A DNA stretch of 64,000 nucleotides from a virus: the IMG/VR virus record IMGVR_UViG_3300031251_000005, positions 23,977-87,976 of that record; one strand, 5' to 3'. Made by a program: the position numbers and the translations under genes. The notes below the pieces were generated by a model that did no database searches, was not told where the DNA came from, and saw only the letters and a list, made by a program, of their open reading frames with translations. This document shows, piece after piece, positions 30,214 to 40,280 of this stretch. Each line of letters begins with the position of its first letter. Within the stretch, counting starts at the first letter, position 1.

Positions 30214-32690
30214 GAATCTTAAATATTTATCTAAAATACTTTAGTCCTATTTCTTTTATTAGTAATATAGAAGAAATACAGATAGATTTTGAAAATGTAA
30301 TGACTTTAATCATTGGTACTAATGGGTGTGGAAAATCTAGTTTAATTAAAGAATTAACACCATTACCACCTAGTCCAGACTTATATAGATCTGGTGGTGA
30401 GAAAAGAATATGTATAGAATACAATGGGGATCAATACTTACTAATATCGGTTATTAAAAAAGACTTTAAACACACCTTTATTAAAAATGGAGAAACTCTA
30501 TATTCTAATATTACCACTACTCAATTTAGAGAAATAGTAATCAATGAATTTAATTACTCTCCATTAATACATAAAGTCTTAACTGGTGAGTTAAAGTTTA
30601 CTGAAATGACACCTGCTGCACGTAGAGAAATTCTAACGATTATAAGCCCTTTAAATTTGGACTATGGTATACAGCTATATAATTTAGTAAAAGAGGCTGT
30701 AAGAGACACCCATGGGGCTTTAAAGCATGTTATTACAAGGAGCACAGATATAAAAACTAAATTGGCAGATATGCATATACCTGAGGATACTGAAACTCGT
30801 AAAGTAGAAATAGAATCAGAATTAAATTCTTTGTTACCATATACAACACCTAACTTACCTAATTTAAGAGAGATCATATCAGATATAGAAATGGATTTTT
30901 CTAGACTATTACAAATAAAACAGAAGTTAGATAAATTTGATGACTTAAGATTACCTATAGATAATATAAACTCAGTAGAAGAGTTAAATGAATATATTGG
31001 TATCTGTGCTGGTAAGATTACTGCCATTCAAATGAATATAACTAATATCTCTAATGAAATAGAAAACTTAAGCGGTGTTACTAATTCTATTTTAGATAAT
31101 AATTTATCTTTAGATGAATTAAAGTATAGAATATCTACTATTGAAGCTAGTCTATCTCATTATACAGAAACTAATTATGTTAATAGTAACTTTGATTCTT
31201 ACTTAAATACTATAATAGAATTTGCAGTAGAGGTAGAGGTAATTCTAGGTAATTGTAGAAATATATCTTATTATCCAGTAGAACAAAGAGTTACTAAACT
31301 AAAAGAAGCTAATTTACTAAAAGAGTCTATACTGTTAGTTACTAACTCTTTAAAAAATATTGATAGTAAGATAGAGCATCTAACTAATTCTGACGTTAAA
31401 GCCACTTGCCCTAAATGCAAAATAGAATTTAGTATTAATAAAACTACACCTGAATCTAATCTAGAGAAATTAAAAGAATTAAGAAGTATTAAAGAAAGTG
31501 AATTACTTAAACTAAATAAAGAATTAACTACTTATGATTTTGCTCTATCTAGTATCAATATAATAGAATTAGCTATAGCTAAGTTTAAAGTAATTAAGTC
31601 TAGTATTTATATGCCTTTTGAATTTTGGGAGAATATGCCAGATATAGAAGATATATTAGCTAATAATCATAAGCTACATAATTATCTTACTAAATGGAGA
31701 ATGAATATAGAAGATAGTAAAGCTAAACAAGAATTAAAGATAGAACTAGACTCTTGTAATAAAGCGTTACAAATCTTTAATAAATATGGAAGAGAAATAG
31801 ATGTTAAGTTAGTACACTTAGAAGATTCTGTTGTTAAAGAACTAAATAATAAGAAGATTATAGAAACTCAATATGCTATTTGTAAAACTGTATTAAAGAA
31901 TATTACTCAATATAATGAAATCTATAATCAAGCGGATTCTATATTAAAGAATTTGAGTAATAAATTTAAAGTAGCTATTGAATCTGAAATACAAGTAAAA
32001 GCTAAATCTCATAGTGCTAATCTATACGATGAATTAGCAGAAAGAAAGAATCTATTAAATATTGTTAATAATCTAACTAATACTATTACTGAATTAGAAG
32101 AAGATTATAATAATCTATCTACTGAAAAGAAATGTTTATCTATATTAGAAGAACAATTGTCTTATAATAAAGGTTTATTAGCTGAGCAGCTATTAGGCTA
32201 TATAGGTAGTTTTGTTGAACATATTAATATTATCTGTAAAGAGATATGGGGGTATCAAATAGAAGTAGGTATATGTAATGTAGATAATGGGGTGTTAGAT
32301 TACTCTTTTCCATTACTAATTGAAGATGAAACTGTAAAGGATATTAAGTTTGCTAGTCAGGCACAATCTGACCTAATTAATCTAGCTTTTACTTTAGTAA
32401 TGAGACAACATCTATCTCTTACTAACTATCCATTATATCTAGATGAAACAGGTAATAGTTTTGATGAACAACATAGAATCAGAATTATCCAATATATTAA
32501 ACAATTACAACATTCTAAACAATTTTCTCAGTTATTTATTATAAATCATTATATACAATTTATAGGTGGATTTACTGGACAAGACATAGTAGTATTAGAT
32601 ACTAGGAATATTACCCTACCGAATAGTTATAATACTAGTGTAATAATCAAGCACAGAGGTGATGTATGCCAGAAAACAATAGTAACCTAA
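30210..32690 (+). CDS. sbcC: SbcC/Rad50-like SMC ATPase (phiKZ gp165-like)
   Basis: Walker A GTNGCGKS, central coiled coil with a CPKC zinc hook, ASQAQ signature, Walker B LYLDE, H-loop INH. Confidence 0.9.
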   Translation: MRILNIYLKYFSPISFISNIEEIQIDFENVMTLIIGTNGCGKSSLIKELTPLPPSPDLYRSGGEKRICIEYNGDQYLLISVIKKDFKHTFIKNGETLYSNITTTQFREIVINEFNYSPLIHKVLTGELKFTEMTPAARREILTIISPLNLDYGIQLYNLVKEAVRDTHGALKHVITRSTDIKTKLADMHIPEDTETRKVEIESELNSLLPYTTPNLPNLREIISDIEMDFSRLLQIKQKLDKFDDLRLPIDNINSVEELNEYIGICAGKITAIQMNITNISNEIENLSGVTNSILDNNLSLDELKYRISTIEASLSHYTETNYVNSNFDSYLNTIIEFAVEVEVILGNCRNISYYPVEQRVTKLKEANLLKESILLVTNSLKNIDSKIEHLTNSDVKATCPKCKIEFSINKTTPESNLEKLKELRSIKESELLKLNKELTTYDFALSSINIIELAIAKFKVIKSSIYMPFEFWENMPDIEDILANNHKLHNYLTKWRMNIEDSKAKQELKIELDSCNKALQIFNKYGREIDVKLVHLEDSVVKELNNKKIIETQYAICKTVLKNITQYNEIYNQADSILKNLSNKFKVAIESEIQVKAKSHSANLYDELAERKNLLNIVNNLTNTITELEEDYNNLSTEKKCLSILEEQLSYNKGLLAEQLLGYIGSFVEHINIICKEIWGYQIEVGICNVDNGVLDYSFPLLIEDETVKDIKFASQAQSDLINLAFTLVMRQHLSLTNYPLYLDETGNSFDEQHRIRIIQYIKQLQHSKQFSQLFIINHYIQFIGGFTGQDIVVLDTRNITLPNSYNTSVIIKHRGDVCQKTIVT

Positions 32691-33520
32691 GGTTTATATC
32701 CCTAGGTATAGTTTTAGCTGATAAAAATGACAATAGCCCCTTTGCTTTAGTAATGCCAAAAGAACATCTCCCTTTTCATGAGGGAGATGTGACTGCTGAT
32801 ATTACTACTATTAATAGAACAGGTATAGATATAGATGGTAATGCCTATTCTATTAATCTACAAAAAGGATTAGGTGTAAAAGCAAAGTGGTATGGTAATG
32901 GAAATCGTAGGACTGCACCTAATGTAGTAAAAGGTGAGGAAGTAGAATTATATGAAATAAATAACACAGGCATTTATCTATGGAAGGAAATAGGTAATGA
33001 TAATCACCTACGTAGACAGGAAGCTGTCACATGGGCTTTTAGAGCCTCATCAGCTCCAGTGGATACAGATATACCACCTACAGCTGATGATTGCTATACA
33101 GCAACTGTAGATGGCAAAAACGGCCATATTACAATAGCTACCTCTACCAATAATCAAGAGAGAGCAAAATATACAGCGCAATTAAACGGCAGAGATGGCC
33201 ATCTCACCCTATCAGATAACAAAGGTAATCTAATCCAAATAGATTCTGAAACTGGCACAATAGTAGCTCTTAATAACTCTGGCAGCCATGTATCTATCCA
33301 AGGTACAGAGATAACAGCTCAAGCTAAAGATACTATCACTATTATTTCTACTAATGTAAATATAATAGCAAACACTACTACTATCTCAGGTGATGTAATA
33401 ATACAAAAGTCATTAACTGTAGATGGTGAATCTAATCTAAAAGGAAATATATCTGGTAATAATGCTAATATTACTAATGTAACTACACAAAATCTATCAG
33501 CAGCTAATAATCCAATTTAA
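32666..33520 (+). CDS. Baseplate central spike-like protein (phiKZ gp164-like)
   Basis: AKW...NRRTAPNVVKGEEV then beta-strand repeats as in gpV/gp5 spikes. Confidence 0.6.
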   Translation: MPENNSNLRFISLGIVLADKNDNSPFALVMPKEHLPFHEGDVTADITTINRTGIDIDGNAYSINLQKGLGVKAKWYGNGNRRTAPNVVKGEEVELYEINNTGIYLWKEIGNDNHLRRQEAVTWAFRASSAPVDTDIPPTADDCYTATVDGKNGHITIATSTNNQERAKYTAQLNGRDGHLTLSDNKGNLIQIDSETGTIVALNNSGSHVSIQGTEITAQAKDTITIISTNVNIIANTTTISGDVIIQKSLTVDGESNLKGNISGNNANITNVTTQNLSAANNPI

Positions 33521-33522
33521 TA

Positions 33523-33906
33523 ATGAATAAAGAAAAACAAGATATACTAAATCAATTAGAGGAATATAAGTTACTAAAACCGGAGTGGTATAACTCTAAT
33601 ACCATCAAACCCACTATAAACAACATTACCTCAATCATCTCTATAATTAATACTATTCCAGAAAATTATAATTATCCAAAACTAATGATATCTGGACCTA
33701 ATAGTCAAATAGGTTTGTATTATGATATTCCAGCTAATCTTTATATAGATATAGAGCTAGAAGAAAATAATACTATATCTATCTTTAAGAAGAACTATAT
33801 AACAAATAAACAAACCTATATAGATAACATTAAGATAGATGATCTTACTATAGACTGGTATAAAGATAATCTACCTGAGTTAAGTAAAGATATATTAATA
33901 ATATAA
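33523..33906 (+). CDS. Hypothetical protein
   Basis: 127 aa ORF. Confidence 0.6.
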   Translation: MNKEKQDILNQLEEYKLLKPEWYNSNTIKPTINNITSIISIINTIPENYNYPKLMISGPNSQIGLYYDIPANLYIDIELEENNTISIFKKNYITNKQTYIDNIKIDDLTIDWYKDNLPELSKDILII

Positions 33907-35042
33907 TCAAATAACAAACATAGACTATACTAGGAGAGCATTATTAGCTCTCCTAGTATAGTATTACCACTTTTTCATTTTCAGCTCTCTATCACAATAT
34001 ATTACAGAATTTTTTATATTTAATTCTATCTCTCTATATATACTATTGTTTTCTCTTATATATTAACTATAATGTTTTACTATATATAGTTTTGTTATCT
34101 TACTATATATAAACTATTATTACTTACATATATAGTTCATTATAATAACATTTATTAATAAAGGAGATTATAGAGGACTTAAGTCCTCTATAATACTTAG
34201 TTATATTTATTTTAAAGGAGACTATATAATACATTAGTATTATATAGTACTATCTACTAGTAATGAACTATGTCATTACTAAAGGAGAGAGTAGAGGACT
34301 TAAGTCCTCTACTCTAGTATTATATCTTGTTTATATATAAACATATATTTAATTAATTAAAATAAGAACCCCCTGGAGGAGTGGGGGTTAGTTTGACATA
34401 AAATAATGGATAATAAATATTTTTTTATTTAAATATTGAATCTGGATTCAGACTGTACATTAAAGAATATCGGCCTTCGTGGGCCGATATATTCATTTGT
34501 AGAAAAAATCACTCCGTAATTTTTTGAAAAGGAATACCCAAACAAGTTGTGTATGCTTTTGGATTATTTTTTTTGGGGTGCCCTCCAAAAAAAATTTAAA
34601 TAAGGAGGTGGGGGTTCCCCCCACACCATTTTAATTACAAAAAATAAGAAACACAAGTATTTTTTTATTTAAATTGATTTTTTAACAGTTTACTAGTTAA
34701 AAAATTTATTAGTTTTTAATAGTAAAATTAAGAAAAAACTTATAAAAGAAAGAAAAACATAGAAGAAAATATCTCCACTAAATACGGTTAGGTAGTTAGT
34801 GGAGATATATTGAGAAACTAATTACTGGAAGTTAGATTGAATAGTTTTACTATGATTACACACAAAAACACAGATAAGAGAAAGATTTAATATCGCGCAT
34901 TTTTTTGGCGCGATTCTAATTGATTGGTAAATTTCCATTATATGCTTATATTGGAAATAAATGAATACATATATTATTTAAATGCTGAGAAAGACTGTGA
35001 TGCTAATTTAATTTAAATAGGAAAAAAGAAGGGAAATGTATA
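33907..35042. other. 1.1 kb gene-free structured region, candidate replication origin
   Basis: No ORF of 60 aa or more; about a dozen hairpins; repeated elements; pyrimidine-rich left part and purine-rich right part. Confidence 0.5.
34160..34315. repeat. Three AAAGGAGA+hairpin units; two share the palindrome tagaggacttaagtcctcta
   Basis: AAAGGAGA at 34160, 34214 and 34281; perfect 28-bp palindromes at 34167-34194 and 34288-34315; hairpin at 34221-34248. Confidence 0.9.
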
Positions 35043-35609
35043 ATGTCAATTTTAATAGATAGTCAAATAAAAGAATTGTGTATAATTAAGAATATGATAA
35101 CACCATTTATTGATCAACCTGTTAGAGAGGTAAATGGTAAGAAAGTATTGTCATATGGGTTGAGTTCAGCTGGTTATGATGTGCGTATTGGTGATGAGTT
35201 TAAGATATTTACTAATATTAATTCAACAGTAATTGATCCATTAAACTTTGATGAAAGGTGCTTACACAGTTTTAAAGGTGAAGTTTGTGTTATACCACCA
35301 CATAGTTATGTATTAGCTGTGACATTAGAGTACTTTCATATCCCTAGGGATATAATGGTGGTGTGTTTAGGAAAGAGTACATTGGCTAGAGCTGGGTTAA
35401 TAGTAAATGTTACACCTATTGAGCCTGAGTTTGAAGGTACTGTGGTTATAGAGATAGCTAATACAGCGCCATTACCTGCTATCATTAGGGCTAATGAAGG
35501 TGTTGCACAGTTTCTTTTCTTTAAAGCTACACAAGAGTGTGAGATGTCTTATTTAGATAAGAAAGGTAAGTACCAAGGTCAAATTGGTATGACTTATGCT
35601 AAAGGTTGA
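35043..35609 (+). CDS. dcd: dCTP deaminase
   Basis: [45 protein letters not shown]. Confidence 0.95.
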   Translation: MSILIDSQIKELCIIKNMITPFIDQPVREVNGKKVLSYGLSSAGYDVRIGDEFKIFTNINSTVIDPLNFDERCLHSFKGEVCVIPPHSYVLAVTLEYFHIPRDIMVVCLGKSTLARAGLIVNVTPIEPEFEGTVVIEIANTAPLPAIIRANEGVAQFLFFKATQECEMSYLDKKGKYQGQIGMTYAKG

Positions 35610-35799
35610 CGTTATAATGAGATCAATTAAAAAATTCATAGTTTACATCTTACTTTAACAAACTATTTTGATAGAGATATCTATTATTAGGTATGTATTA
35701 ATAATATTTTTGGTAAGCCACTGAATTCTATGCATAGTAATATTGATACTAGTGTTTATAATGTTATTAGCACAAAACCAATTAAATAGGAATTTAAAA

Positions 35800-36255
35800 A
35801 TGAAACAAACAATAGAAGAAAGAAGAAAAGAGTGTGGTAATAAAATAAAGGAATTTAGATTAGAGAGGGGATATAATCAAGTTGACTTTGGTAAAGCTTT
35901 GGGTTATAGCAATGTCTATCTATCTGTAATAGAGAATGGGCAACGTAGATTACCTAGGGTTATCTGTGATAGAATAAAAATAACCTTTGGGTTAGACTTA
36001 TCTAATTACTTAGAGGAAATGGATAAAGATGCTAATTTAACCCCTATGGGTAAATTAATCTTTAAGATTATAGCTGATAAAAAATTAGATGAGGAAACAT
36101 TAGCTAAAGAGCTAAACACTCCATGTGCAGTAATAAGAGCTATATTGTACAATATCAATGAAAAAGATGTAGCTATTAAATTACAAAGAAAGTTTCCTGA
36201 ATACATAGAAGAGACTAAAGAATCTCTTAAGTATCTACAACCTAGTAAAGCATAG
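35800..36255 (+). CDS. XRE-family HTH DNA-binding protein, possibly with two HTH units
   Basis: GNKIKEFRLERGYNQVDFGKALGYSNVYLSVIENG; start set at ATG 35800. Confidence 0.85.
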   Translation: MKQTIEERRKECGNKIKEFRLERGYNQVDFGKALGYSNVYLSVIENGQRRLPRVICDRIKITFGLDLSNYLEEMDKDANLTPMGKLIFKIIADKKLDEETLAKELNTPCAVIRAILYNINEKDVAIKLQRKFPEYIEETKESLKYLQPSKA

Positions 36256-36344
36256 GGGTTTAAATGACAGTAACTATCTTTATTATCTTTAAAACTAAAC
36301 AAATTGGAAAATTAAATAACTGAAGTAGTTAACAACTAGTATTA

Positions 36345-36374
36345 ATAGAGAGTAGCCAATTGGCTACTCTCTAT
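36345..36374. terminator. Perfect 30-bp palindrome
   Basis: atagagagtagccaa|ttggctactctctat then a T-rich tail. Confidence 0.75.
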
Positions 36375-36441
36375 AGTTTATTCTCTTTTTATTTTTTATT
36401 AAGTATTTCAATAGTATGTTATTACTAATTGGATACCTATA

Positions 36442-37305
36442 ATGAAATCCTTTCTAAAAAAACATTTAATCTTATTTATTGTATTAGCTATTATATTAAT
36501 ATCATTTACAGCATGTACTCCCACTTTTACTGGTAAACCAGAACCAGTAACAGATGAAGACACTATCTTAGAGCAATCTATTGTTGATACCACTCAAGAT
36601 ATTATCAATAAATGTAATATTGCTAATACTACTATATGTAGAAATAAAATTATCTATTCTAAAATGATAGGAATAGATATTAAGTATTTTGAATTTCAAA
36701 CACAATTAGTAAACTCATACAGAGAACTTACTTTTGGCACAGCTATTACTACCATAGGTCTAAATGCAGCAGAGGTATATACAGGGTATCCTTTATTATC
36801 TGTTTTATCTACTGCTATAATAGGTAGTAAAGCTGCTTATGATAGTAATATATTAATGGATAAAGCTATTTCTGGTATACAAACAGAAATGATATCACAA
36901 AGAAATATAGTAAAGATTAGATTAATCCAAGGTATGCAACAAGACGTTAATACATATCCATTAGAATTAGCTTTAATAGATTTAACTGATTACTATAATG
37001 CTGGTACTTTAATAGCTGCTTACAATGGATTGTCTGAGTCTGCTAGTAATAAGTCTACTGAGGTAAATAAAAAACTCAGTCAAGTAATTACAGCTAAGTA
37101 TACTAATACTAAATCTAGTGATATAATTCATAACTATATATTAGATAAAGATAATAACCCTATTATTGCTAATATACATACTTTAGATAACTGGTTAAAG
37201 GGTAAAGGTATTCCTGAACATTCTTCTATGTTTATGAATGATAGTAATCCTGATATTGAATTAAAGAGACAAGAAGCTATCACTGAATTAAATATTAATA
37301 ACTGA
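36442..37305 (+). CDS. Lipoprotein
   Basis: MKSFLKK, hydrophobic stretch, FTAC lipobox; helical body. Confidence 0.7.
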   Translation: MKSFLKKHLILFIVLAIILISFTACTPTFTGKPEPVTDEDTILEQSIVDTTQDIINKCNIANTTICRNKIIYSKMIGIDIKYFEFQTQLVNSYRELTFGTAITTIGLNAAEVYTGYPLLSVLSTAIIGSKAAYDSNILMDKAISGIQTEMISQRNIVKIRLIQGMQQDVNTYPLELALIDLTDYYNAGTLIAAYNGLSESASNKSTEVNKKLSQVITAKYTNTKSSDIIHNYILDKDNNPIIANIHTLDNWLKGKGIPEHSSMFMNDSNPDIELKRQEAITELNINN

Positions 37306-37316
37306 GGTATTATATA

Positions 37317-37475
37317 ATGACTGAAATAGAAGTAAGAGAAGAAATAGAGGAAGATGTACCACCATCTAAACTCCATGAGAAATTATCTATCATAGAAGCT
37401 AGTGGTGGAACTCATGAAGTATCTTTACAAATCAATGGTAATTATACAATTACCGCTACTTATTCAATATCTTAA
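37317..37475 (+). CDS. Small hypothetical protein (52 aa, not in the ORF track)
   Basis: GAGGT RBS; MTEIEVREEIEEDVPPSKLHEK...TYSIS*; fills the gap in the operon. Confidence 0.45.
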   Translation: MTEIEVREEIEEDVPPSKLHEKLSIIEASGGTHEVSLQINGNYTITATYSIS

Positions 37476-37480
37476 TAATT

Positions 37481-37702
37481 ATGGAAAATAAAGGTCAATC
37501 AATAAAATATAGTTTTCTAGAATCATTTACTAATACTATACTTGGGTATATTATAGGGGTAATGGTACAAATGTGGATATTTCCTTTATATGGTGTTAAT
37601 ATATCAGTTTTTGATAATATGTTTATAGTAGCCGTGTTTACAACTATATCTTTTATTAGGACATATCTTTTACGTAGATTTTTTAATTTACTTTCAAAAT
37701 AA
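37481..37702 (+). CDS. Small two-TM membrane protein
   Basis: S.LES.TN..LG...Q..IFP.YG...FT.IS..R.Y..RRFFN, a pattern common in phage membrane proteins. Confidence 0.7.
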   Translation: MENKGQSIKYSFLESFTNTILGYIIGVMVQMWIFPLYGVNISVFDNMFIVAVFTTISFIRTYLLRRFFNLLSK

Positions 37703-37720
37703 CATTTCATAGGTAATTGC

Positions 37721-38572
37721 ATGCAACAATATTTAAATTTATTAGAAGACATTTTAACTAATGGAGAGATAGTTAGTAATAGAACTGGGATTAATACAAT
37801 TCGGGTTGAAGGAAGGATGTTAGAGTTTGATATGAATAAAGGGTTTCCTTTATTAACTATTAATAAAGTTTATTATAAAAAAGCTTTTGCAGAAATGTTG
37901 TGTTTTATGAAAGGCCCTACTGATGCAGCTAAACTACGATTAGCTGGTTGTAATTGGTGGGATAAGAATGCTAATGAAAATAAACAATGGTTAGCTAATC
38001 CTAATAGAAAGGGCATAGATGATCTAGGTAGAGTATATGGTGCACAATGGCGAGATTATAGAGCACCAGATGGTAGAATAATTGATCAATTAAAAATAGC
38101 AGTAGAGACTATTATTAAAGATCCTGATAGTAGACGAATTATTGTTGAAACATGGAACCCTGGTGAGTTAGATAGAATGGCACTACCACCTTGTCATAAA
38201 TCCTATCAATTTATTTGTAATAAATTAACCAATGAGTTATCTCTTATAGTAGATATTCGTTCATCAGATGTAATTTTAGGGCTATCTACTAACATAGCTA
38301 TGTATGCTCTATTACTTAAGATAGTTTGTTATGCAACTGCTTATAAATCAAAGAAATTAATATTTTCTTTAAAAGACACACATATTTATGAAAATCACTT
38401 AGAAGGAGTAAGAGAGTTATTAACTAGAACTCCAACCGAATTACCCAAACTACAAATTCATATGGGTCAAGAGTATCATGGAATGAAAGTAATAGATAAA
38501 ATAAAAACCACAGATATTAAGGTTTTAGATTATAAAGCACAAAAACATTTAAATTTTGAAATGGCTGTCTAA
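37721..38572 (+). CDS. thyA: Thymidylate synthase
   Basis: NRTG, FPLLT, DLGRVYGAQWR, SRRII, MALPPCH, RSSD, HIYENH, C-terminal MAV. Confidence 0.95.
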   Translation: MQQYLNLLEDILTNGEIVSNRTGINTIRVEGRMLEFDMNKGFPLLTINKVYYKKAFAEMLCFMKGPTDAAKLRLAGCNWWDKNANENKQWLANPNRKGIDDLGRVYGAQWRDYRAPDGRIIDQLKIAVETIIKDPDSRRIIVETWNPGELDRMALPPCHKSYQFICNKLTNELSLIVDIRSSDVILGLSTNIAMYALLLKIVCYATAYKSKKLIFSLKDTHIYENHLEGVRELLTRTPTELPKLQIHMGQEYHGMKVIDKIKTTDIKVLDYKAQKHLNFEMAV

Positions 38573-38589
38573 ATATAGAGTTATATTTT

Positions 38590-38700
38590 ATGAGAGAATT
38601 TTTATATAAACTATTTATTTGGTTCATAGTTATCAATGTAGCTTTAGGTGAACTAGTATATGAGAGATATCAAGATATAATAAAGTTTATTAAAAAATAA
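38590..38700 (+). CDS. Possible 36-aa membrane peptide
   Basis: MREFLYKLFIWFIVINVALGELVYERYQDIIKFIKK*; weak RBS. Confidence 0.35.
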   Translation: MREFLYKLFIWFIVINVALGELVYERYQDIIKFIKK

Positions 38701-38711
38701 TAATATATGAG

Positions 38712-38746
38712 ATTGATACTACTAGCATTGCGCTAGTAGTATCAAT
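38712..38746. terminator. Hairpin terminator
   Basis: attgatactactagc-attgc-gctagtagtatcaat. Confidence 0.7.
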
Positions 38747-38758
38747 ATTACCCATATT

Positions 38759-38865
38759 TTTAAAGATTAGAATTATTTGAATATATATATAATAGAAATG
38801 GTATTAGAATAGTATTGCATTATTCTAATCTTTTTAAATTAAATAGGAGTAAGAACATGAATTGG
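38759..38865 (+). promoter_or_regulatory. Promoter-hairpin-RBS cassette, copy 3
   Basis: 107 bp, one mismatch to 40281-40387. Confidence 0.9.
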
Positions 38866-39600
38866 TTTACAAAAGCTTTTGTTAGCACACTTTCAATAGA
38901 AAGCAAAGCTAAAAAATGTTCACAGATGGATTGCTGTGAACACGTTGAGGCTGATAACTCACTGTTGTCGGTAATTAGCCGTGAGAATGACTCGTTCGGC
39001 AGTGAGGCATATGGCATGTGTGATGCATGCAATGAATGGAGTATGGAAGAAGAAGGCAAGGAAGAAGTAGTCTGCCATGACTGCAAAGAAACAAAGGAAA
39101 AGAAGGACACATATGAATGGAAGTGGTATGATTTTTATGCACCACAAGGAGATGAACCTCTATGTATTTGCGATGCCTGTCGTAAATTACCTAAGCATAT
39201 TGCTCGGGTAAAAAAGGATAGACAGGAAAGGGATGAAGAGTTGTATGGGAACCAAGACTGTGATAGTGATCAGGATGACTACTATAGCTATTATTTAACT
39301 GGTGAGGAGAAACAGGAATTGGGTAATAATTCCACTGTTTTGGAATTGCAAGAGGCAGATGTAGAGTTTTACACTTTCAGGATGAAAGAACTTGTAAGTA
39401 AATTCGAAAAAGACTTTATCCCAAAAGAAAATAGTCTTCCAGAATATGTCGAACTCTATAATCTTGTATTGGAATGGTTGTCACAACAGGTCCATCCATA
39501 CTGGAAGTTAGGTGAATTTGAAGCCGTTTTCAGTAGATTTCCAAAGGCATGGTTGGCTGATATGGCGCCACTAATCACTGGTAAAACAAAACCATTTTAA
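38857..39600 (+). CDS. Cys-rich, probable Zn-binding accessory protein
   Basis: DCCEH, CDAC, CHDC and CICDAC; ATG 38857 after the cassette RBS. Confidence 0.7.
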   Translation: MNWFTKAFVSTLSIESKAKKCSQMDCCEHVEADNSLLSVISRENDSFGSEAYGMCDACNEWSMEEEGKEEVVCHDCKETKEKKDTYEWKWYDFYAPQGDEPLCICDACRKLPKHIARVKKDRQERDEELYGNQDCDSDQDDYYSYYLTGEEKQELGNNSTVLELQEADVEFYTFRMKELVSKFEKDFIPKENSLPEYVELYNLVLEWLSQQVHPYWKLGEFEAVFSRFPKAWLADMAPLITGKTKPF

Positions 39601-39613
39601 TTAACCACTATCG

Positions 39614-39645
39614 TTATTCTAGTGAGCATATGCTCACTAGAATAA
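39614..39645. terminator. Perfect 32-bp palindrome
   Basis: ttattctagtgagcat|atgctcactagaataa. Confidence 0.75.
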
Positions 39646-39671
39646 ATCTATTATTTTTTGGGAGTATTAGA

Positions 39672-40067
39672 ATGTACAATACATTTACCAATGAAGAAAT
39701 TATTAAATCTTTACTATTGAAACAAACATTGGAGAATGATGGTAGGGAATTTAAATTTATACGAGCACTTCCCGATAAATGCAACCCATGGCTATATGTA
39801 GAATATTACGAGGTAGATAAATTCCATTATCATCGTTTTATTTATAATGAAGAGATCGGCCTTAAACCAGTAAGTGCATTACAAAGCCTTATATTCCTAC
39901 CTACTGGTACCACTGCGTATACGGATGAAGATGTTACTGTAAATGGTCATGGTTGGGAATCTACTAATGATCGTGCTTCTCTTAGTATTAAATCTACGTT
40001 TGGTTATCGGCATATTTGCCGACTTACTTTTAACAAAAATACAGGAGAATTTACTCAAATAGTTTAA
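39672..40067 (+). CDS. Hypothetical protein
   Basis: GGAG RBS before ATG 39672; the track start at 39630 lies inside the palindrome. Confidence 0.65.
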   Translation: MYNTFTNEEIIKSLLLKQTLENDGREFKFIRALPDKCNPWLYVEYYEVDKFHYHRFIYNEEIGLKPVSALQSLIFLPTGTTAYTDEDVTVNGHGWESTNDRASLSIKSTFGYRHICRLTFNKNTGEFTQIV

Positions 40068-40088
40068 TTAGATAAATACATCCATTTG

Positions 40089-40116
40089 TACTACTAAAGC
40101 AATTGCTTTAGTAGTA
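40089..40116. terminator. Perfect 28-bp palindrome with a poly-T tail
   Basis: tactactaaagcaa|ttgctttagtagta then a long T-run. Confidence 0.8.
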
Positions 40117-40154
40117 TTTTTTTTTTTCATTAAATTTTCATATAGATATCATCT

Positions 40155-40232
40155 ATGTGAATTATTGTATATAACTTGGTGAGCGCGTTAGCCTTCTGGC
40201 TGACTGTACTGGTTCAATTCCAGTTTTACATT
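40155..40232 (+). tRNA. Degenerate tRNA-like element, possibly derived from tRNA-Arg(UCU)
   Basis: Acceptor atgtgaa/tttacat; canonical T-arm actgg-ttcaatt-ccagt; anticodon arm ttagc-cttctg-gctga with a 6-nt loop; aberrant D-arm; no CCA. Confidence 0.55.
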
Positions 40233-40280
40233 AATTTAATTTTATACTAATTGTTTTAGGAGTAATTAGAAATGTCAGAA

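Noticed and set aside
34160-34315. Mini CRISPR array
   Set aside because: Only two copies share the palindrome, spacing is irregular (54 and 67 bp between units) and there are no cas genes.
35043-38572. Uracil-substituted DNA as in PBS1/AR9
   Set aside because: A canonical ThyA and DHFR point to normal dTMP synthesis.
496-38857. Three ORFs sharing the N-terminal peptide MHYSNLFKLNRS (496, 12730, 38815)
   Set aside because: Artefact of a TTG inside the repeated cassette; the AGGAG lies downstream of it, so the true starts are 538, 12772 and 38857.
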